IMG/VR virus record: IMGVR_UViG_3300017785_007713
Span: 1 to 48,583 of that record
Origin: a virus
Lineage: Duplodnaviria; Caudoviricetes
Reading direction: 5' to 3' (one strand)
Length of the DNA stretch: 48,583 nucleotides
The translations under genes and the position numbers were made by a program. The notes under the pieces were generated by a model. The model did not search any database. It had not been told where the DNA came from and worked only from the letters and a program-made list of their open reading frames with translations. Shown here one piece after another: positions 45,271-48,583 of this stretch (its first letter is position 1; the number at the start of each line of letters is the position of its first letter).

Positions 45271-45273
45271 ATA

Positions 45274-45630
45274 TTATTTTCTATTTGCTCCGAATCCAGG
45301 ACCAGCACGAATATCCTCAACAGAGTTCATACTAGAGTTTGAATTAAAAATGTTATTATTTATTTTTGCTTCACGTTCTGCCTGCTGTGCTCTTCTTCTT
45401 CTATCCATTCTGATCTGATCACCTGTTTTTTCCTTTGGTTTAGGTTCTATAAATTGCGTACCTGGATTTATTGCGAGATTTGGTGGACGCATTGTTCTTA
45501 TATCTTCTATCTCGTCATAGCTTCTATCTACATTCACTTTAGATGAACCATGGAATCGAACATCACCTACCATATCTTCTTGTTCCATCAAGTATAAAAA
45601 ACGTTGTTTGAAATATTCTACTAGTGTCAT
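45274..45630 (-). CDS. Small protein, paralog of 44286..44558
   Basis: MTLVEYFKQRFLYLMEQ...VDRSYDEIE...GPGFG. Confidence 0.7.
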   Translation of the reverse strand: MTLVEYFKQRFLYLMEQEDMVGDVRFHGSSKVNVDRSYDEIEDIRTMRPPNLAINPGTQFIEPKPKEKTGDQIRMDRRRRAQQAEREAKINNNIFNSNSSMNSVEDIRAGPGFGANRK

Positions 45631-45876
45631 TTTAATACCCTTTAAAGTATTTAGAAAAAAACTAATAGAGTGTTTTTTTCTAGGAAAAAATTTTTGAGTT
45701 CTGGGAGTCCCATGATGAGTAAGGGGGTGGGGAGGGGGTCTGAGGTGTTGAAGAGCAAGCCCCTAGCGACAGATGGGATCCCAAACGCTGTTTTTACTGT
45801 TCTGTGACAGGTTTGGAGCGTGACAAGGGTCACGGCCAATTGCTGATAGTGTTTACGAAAAATCTTGTCGAAGCAT

Positions 45877-45905
45877 CTATATTGAGATGCAGAGTGTGGT
45901 ACAAT
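45877..45905 (+). promoter_or_regulatory. Cassette promoter 1
   Basis: CTATAT-17 bp-TACAAT; hairpin GGGC-AATTCT-GCCC at 45912-45925. Confidence 0.8.
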
Positions 45906-45940
45906 TCGGTAGGGCAATTCTGCCCAACAGGAGATTTGAA

Positions 45941-46189
45941 ATGAATAAGTTTAGAGTTACCACACTTAACGGTGGCTCGAACCTGCTCGTTAGCAGGTTC
46001 GAATTTGAAGGGTTATCTTACGCCATCAAGGTGGCGGAAGAAACCCCCGAGAACCTTCGGGCAATCGTGTCTGTCTTCAACCCCTATAAGGGGGGGTGGG
46101 TTGACATTCTCGACCGTAGGGCGGCACACACGCCACCCGAAGGCTACGGCCTTCGGACCAGGCCGCCTGTCCTGTTGCCGATCTTCTGA
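45941..46189 (+). CDS. Cassette 1 hypothetical protein (82 aa)
   Basis: AGGAG RBS then MNKFRVTTL...PVLLPIF. Confidence 0.75.
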   Translation: MNKFRVTTLNGGSNLLVSRFEFEGLSYAIKVAEETPENLRAIVSVFNPYKGGWVDILDRRAAHTPPEGYGLRTRPPVLLPIF

Positions 46190-46210
46190 TCGGCCCCCCC
46201 CCCCACATCG

Positions 46211-46268
46211 TCTTTTCTCCCCACGGGGCTACGGTGGTTCACCCGACCACCGTAGCCCTTGTTTATTT
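46211..46268 (+). terminator. Terminator-like hairpin, copy A
   Basis: GGGCTACGGTGGT-TCACCCG-ACCACCGTAGCCC followed by TTGTTTATTT. Confidence 0.8.
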
Positions 46269-46330
46269 GGTGGTTGCACTATCAGCACCCAGCTGCTGAT
46301 AGTTCTCCTAAAGAAATTGCTACGATGGCT

Positions 46331-46359
46331 CTATATTAGAAGTTCATCTGTGGTATACT
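46331..46359 (+). promoter_or_regulatory. Cassette promoter 2
   Basis: CTATAT-17 bp-TATACT; hairpin GTTGGC-AATGGT-GCCAAC at 46366-46383. Confidence 0.8.
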
Positions 46360-46399
46360 TCACTCGTTGGCAATGGTGCCAACCCTGTCTGGAGGATCC

Positions 46400-46654
46400 A
46401 TGAGTAAACTTTACTGTAAGATTTCGGAGTCCGCTCGTCGGACTGTCCCGACCGCACGCGCCCACCACGCGGCGACCGTTGAGGTCGCCAACTGGAAGTT
46501 CCGCATCTCTGTGCGGATGATCGCCAACGGTGGCGGTGGGGCCGATATGGTTTCGGTGATCATCACCAACCTGGAATCGGGTTGGTCTGAACAGATCGTG
46601 AACGAAACCGCTGGCGAAATCTGGCGCAAGCAAACGCACGCGCCATCCCTCTGA
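46400..46654 (+). CDS. Cassette 2 hypothetical protein (84 aa)
   Basis: GGAGG RBS then MSKLYCKISES...THAPSL. Confidence 0.75.
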   Translation: MSKLYCKISESARRTVPTARAHHAATVEVANWKFRISVRMIANGGGGADMVSVIITNLESGWSEQIVNETAGEIWRKQTHAPSL

Positions 46655-46712
46655 TCTTTTCTCCCCATGGGGCTAGGATGGTTCACCCGACCATCCTAGC
46701 CCTTGTTTATTT
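46655..46712 (+). terminator. Terminator-like hairpin, copy B
   Basis: GGGCTAGGATGGT-TCACCCG-ACCATCCTAGCCC followed by TTGTTTATTT. Confidence 0.8.
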
Positions 46713-46772
46713 TGTCCTTGTACTATCAGCAACACGCTGCTGATAGTTCGGCAAAGAAATCCCAAGATTGAT

Positions 46773-46801
46773 CTATGTTTGGTGACACCGTGTTGTAGAA
46801 T
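46773..46801 (+). promoter_or_regulatory. Cassette promoter 3
   Basis: CTATGT-17 bp-TAGAAT; hairpin GGGC-AATGCC-GCCC at 46808-46821. Confidence 0.78.
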
Positions 46802-46833
46802 ACCCTTGGGCAATGCCGCCCACGGAGGATTGT

Positions 46834-47229
46834 ATGTCCATTCACGAAGCGTTTATGAAATTGGTTGAACAGCCGATTTCGTGTGGGAAGTTCTATGTGG
46901 TCCTGTGGAAAGAAATGCAGTTCTACGGTGGCCCACAGGAGGGCGGATGGTGGGGCTGGGACAGCGTTCCAGAATCCTATGTGGTCGTCAACACCCGCGA
47001 GGATGCGATTGGCCTCGCCAAGCGCATCGTTGGGCTGGCAGCGGAACTGAACCGCGAGGCGATCATGGAACACGGGCGCGCATGTATCGCCCAGTTGGAG
47101 CACTGTGAGGCTCGAGGCATCGAAGACGCTAACACCGTCTTCGGTGAGGTTGGTGGTCCCGACAGGTACAAGGTCAGGATCTCGACTAAACTCCCTCGCG
47201 CACGCTACGGAGATCGGCAGTGGTCTTGA
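46834..47229 (+). CDS. Cassette 3 hypothetical protein (131 aa) with a YGGPQEGGWW motif
   Basis: GGAGGATTGT RBS then MSIHEAFMKL...; GC-rich codons. Confidence 0.8.
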   Translation: MSIHEAFMKLVEQPISCGKFYVVLWKEMQFYGGPQEGGWWGWDSVPESYVVVNTREDAIGLAKRIVGLAAELNREAIMEHGRACIAQLEHCEARGIEDANTVFGEVGGPDRYKVRISTKLPRARYGDRQWS

Positions 47230-47231
47230 GC

Positions 47232-47263
47232 GAGGGGGCTTCGGCCCCCTCTGCCTTTTTTTT
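47232..47263 (+). terminator. Intrinsic terminator
   Basis: GAGGGGGC-TTCG-GCCCCCTC, then TGCC and T8. Confidence 0.85.
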
Positions 47264-47321
47264 AGTGGCACTATCAGCAACACGCTGCTGATAGTTCGGC
47301 AAAGAAATCTTGTAGAATCAT

Positions 47322-47350
47322 CTATATTGGAGCGCAGGGTATCGTAGAAT
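47322..47350 (+). promoter_or_regulatory. Cassette promoter 4
   Basis: CTATAT-17 bp-TAGAAT; hairpin GGGC-AATTCC-GCCC at 47357-47370. Confidence 0.8.
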
Positions 47351-47385
47351 ACCGATGGGCAATTCCGCCCTTTGGAGGATTGTAA

Positions 47386-47670
47386 ATGATCGTCAAGAAT
47401 GTGAGCATCGCTCAGGCGACCTCGCATCTGTCGCACCCCGCACAGATGCTCTACACGGGGATGACCCCCGATGATGTCCGCAAGGAACCGTTCGGGTTCC
47501 TCGCCATGTGCGAGGATGGCACGATTCGCGGTGGCATCACCGCCAGTCTCATGTCCCTGTCAGACATGATCGCAAACATGAAGCGGGAATATCACCCCAC
47601 GGAAATCATGTCGTTCGATTTCCGCGAGGCCGACCCGCGCGTTCTATTCCCCGCACGGAGGAGCGCGTGA
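47386..47670 (+). CDS. Cassette 4 hypothetical protein (94 aa)
   Basis: GGAGGATTGT RBS then MIVKNVSIAQ.... Confidence 0.8.
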   Translation: MIVKNVSIAQATSHLSHPAQMLYTGMTPDDVRKEPFGFLAMCEDGTIRGGITASLMSLSDMIANMKREYHPTEIMSFDFREADPRVLFPARRSA

Positions 47671-47674
47671 AACC

Positions 47675-47700
47675 CAACACCCGCCGAAAGGCGGGTGTTG
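47675..47700 (+). terminator. Terminator-like hairpin with a weak U tract
   Basis: CAACACCCGCC-GAAA-GGCGGGTGTTG. Confidence 0.7.
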
Positions 47701-47804
47701 TCATGCCATGGCCGCACTATCAGCAACCACGCTGCTGATAGTTCGCCGCACCCCACTTTCAGATTTCCCGTGAAATATAAATCTGGGAAATATCGTCAAG
47801 CCGT

Positions 47805-47833
47805 CTATATTGAAGTGCAGGGTATCGTATACT
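47805..47833 (+). promoter_or_regulatory. Cassette promoter 5
   Basis: CTATAT-17 bp-TATACT; hairpin GCGC-AATGTC-GCGC at 47840-47853. Confidence 0.8.
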
Positions 47834-47870
47834 ACACACGCGCAATGTCGCGCATTGGAGGATTGTCGAT

Positions 47871-48233
47871 ATGGTCAAGTTTGTTCGTGAGTGGTTCAGC
47901 CGTCTGTTCCCCGCCCCCGCACCCGCCGCGCCGATCACCGTCGTGTCGCCGTTCAAGTCGTTCGAGTACTGGGTGCTCGGAGCGCACCGCAGCAAGGTGA
48001 TCGCGGCGGGAACGGTGACCGCGCGGTGCGAAGCCGATGCGATCAAGTCGATCTACTCCCTCGCGGGAGAGCGCATCCAGTTCCACAACGGTGGACGCTA
48101 CCGCGTCCACCACGGCGGGGACGGCGTGGTTGTGACCCGCATCGACCGCGCGGATCGGCGGAAGGCTGGCGACCGCAAGCGGCACCGCGACCGCCGCGCG
48201 GAAACTGCCGACTGGGGAACGGTGGGGGAATAA
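47871..48233 (+). CDS. Cassette 5 hypothetical protein (120 aa, Arg-rich C-terminus)
   Basis: GGAGGATTGT RBS then MVKFVREWFSRLF.... Confidence 0.78.
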   Translation: MVKFVREWFSRLFPAPAPAAPITVVSPFKSFEYWVLGAHRSKVIAAGTVTARCEADAIKSIYSLAGERIQFHNGGRYRVHHGGDGVVVTRIDRADRRKAGDRKRHRDRRAETADWGTVGE

Positions 48234-48252
48234 CCCCACCCAACCCACGCAA

Positions 48253-48287
48253 CCCAAAGGGGGGCTTCGGCCCCCCTCGACTTTGGG
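48253..48287 (+). terminator. Terminator-like hairpin
   Basis: GGGGGGC-TTCG-GCCCCCC, extendable by CCCAAA/TTTGGG. Confidence 0.7.
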
Positions 48288-48349
48288 ACAGCCGTACTAT
48301 CAGCAACCACGCTGCTGATAGTCCTCTCAAAGAAATTTTGTTGAAGCAT

Positions 48350-48378
48350 CTATATTTGGGGGCGAAGTCTGGTACAAT
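48350..48378 (+). promoter_or_regulatory. Cassette promoter 6
   Basis: CTATAT-17 bp-TACAAT; hairpin GGGC-AATTCC-GCCC at 48385-48398. Confidence 0.8.
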
Positions 48379-48418
48379 CCCATAGGGCAATTCCGCCCCA
48401 CACAACTTGGAGGATTGT

Positions 48419-48583
48419 ATGGCTCTCAACTGGAATGTCGGCAAGGTCAAGGACTTCAAGACCGTCTGCTACAATGCGGACGGCAAGGTGAATGCGGTCA
48501 CCGAGACGCTTATCTGGGCAAGCATGATCATCGGGGTGAGCGACATCACCGAGAAGAACGCGGAGGAGTTCTTCTTCCGCATC
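48419..48583 (+). CDS. Cassette 6 hypothetical protein, partial (runs off the right edge)
   Basis: Not in the track. GGAGGATTGT-ATG, then MALNWNVGKVKDFKTVCYNADGKVNAVTETLIWASMIIGVSDITEKNAEEFFFRI.... Confidence 0.75.
   Translation, partial: MALNWNVGKVKDFKTVCYNADGKVNAVTETLIWASMIIGVSDITEKNAEEFFFRI

Larger units (their letters stand above)
45841..48418 (+). repeat. Six dispersed copies of a ~100-155 bp regulatory module (palindrome + promoter + hairpin + RBS)
   Basis: ACTATCAGCA-N6/7-TGCTGATAGT at 46278-46303, 46722-46747, 47270-47295, 47716-47742 and 48296-48322; right arm only at 45841-45850. Confidence 0.95.

Noticed and set aside
46194-46204. C11 homopolymer as a phase-variation switch
   Set aside because: It lies after the stop codon and before the terminator, so a length change has no evident effect; it may also be a sequencing artefact.
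45841-48322. CRISPR array interpretation of the palindromic repeats
   Set aside because: The repeats are separated by 400-550 bp containing promoters and genes, not 30-40 bp spacers; no cas genes are in the window.
46278-48322. Classical integron attC sites
   Set aside because: The sites are 26-27 bp palindromes with perfect arms, lacking RYYYAAC/GTTRRRY ends and extrahelical bases; the cassettes carry their own promoters; no intI is seen.
45651-48459. Alternative-frame and minus-strand ORFs in the GC-rich region (e.g. 46726..47436 minus, 47891..48385 plus, 45972..46403 plus)
   Set aside because: They cross terminators and repeat modules and lack an RBS; they are shadow ORFs expected in GC-rich DNA.
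1-48583. Stop-codon reassignment
   Set aside because: Core genes are full length and tightly packed under the standard code.

Overview
This window is a 48.6-kb segment of a large T4-like (Tevenvirinae-type core) myophage genome with four parts. (1) 1-29.8 kb is an AT-rich tail/baseplate module: two paralogous Cys-rich fibre proteins (the first is missing from the ORF track), an alpha/beta-hydrolase-like protein, fibre proteins, gp8, gp7, gp6, a greatly enlarged gp27-like hub, gp53, gp48, gp4, gp54-like, gp26, gp51 and an Asn/Ser-rich protein in the tape-measure position. gp51 appears to be reached from gp26 by a -1 frameshift. (2) 29.8-37.5 kb holds gp32, gp33, small accessory genes (cytidylyltransferase, deaminase, HTH, HNH, DenV-like) and four unusual tRNA or tRNA-like genes. 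(3) 37.6-45.6 kb is a cluster of about 12 charged proteins, most beginning with a T4 internal-protein-like capsid-targeting peptide (MKxFxEYLxE). (4) From 45.8 kb to the end, GC content rises abruptly and the coding strand switches. This part is an array of at least six one-gene expression cassettes, each built as: ACTATCAGCA-N6/7-TGCTGATAGT palindrome (right arm only in the first unit), non-canonical promoter (CTATAT-17 bp-TANANT), conserved 5' hairpin with an AAT-led hexaloop, GGAG(G) RBS, small ORF, terminator-like hairpin. The best candidates for undescribed biology are the cassette array and its promoter class (possibly read by a virion-packaged sigma-4-like HTH protein), the topologically rearranged tRNA-Arg, and the gp26/gp51 frameshift. 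All protein family calls come from motif recognition by eye, not database searches.
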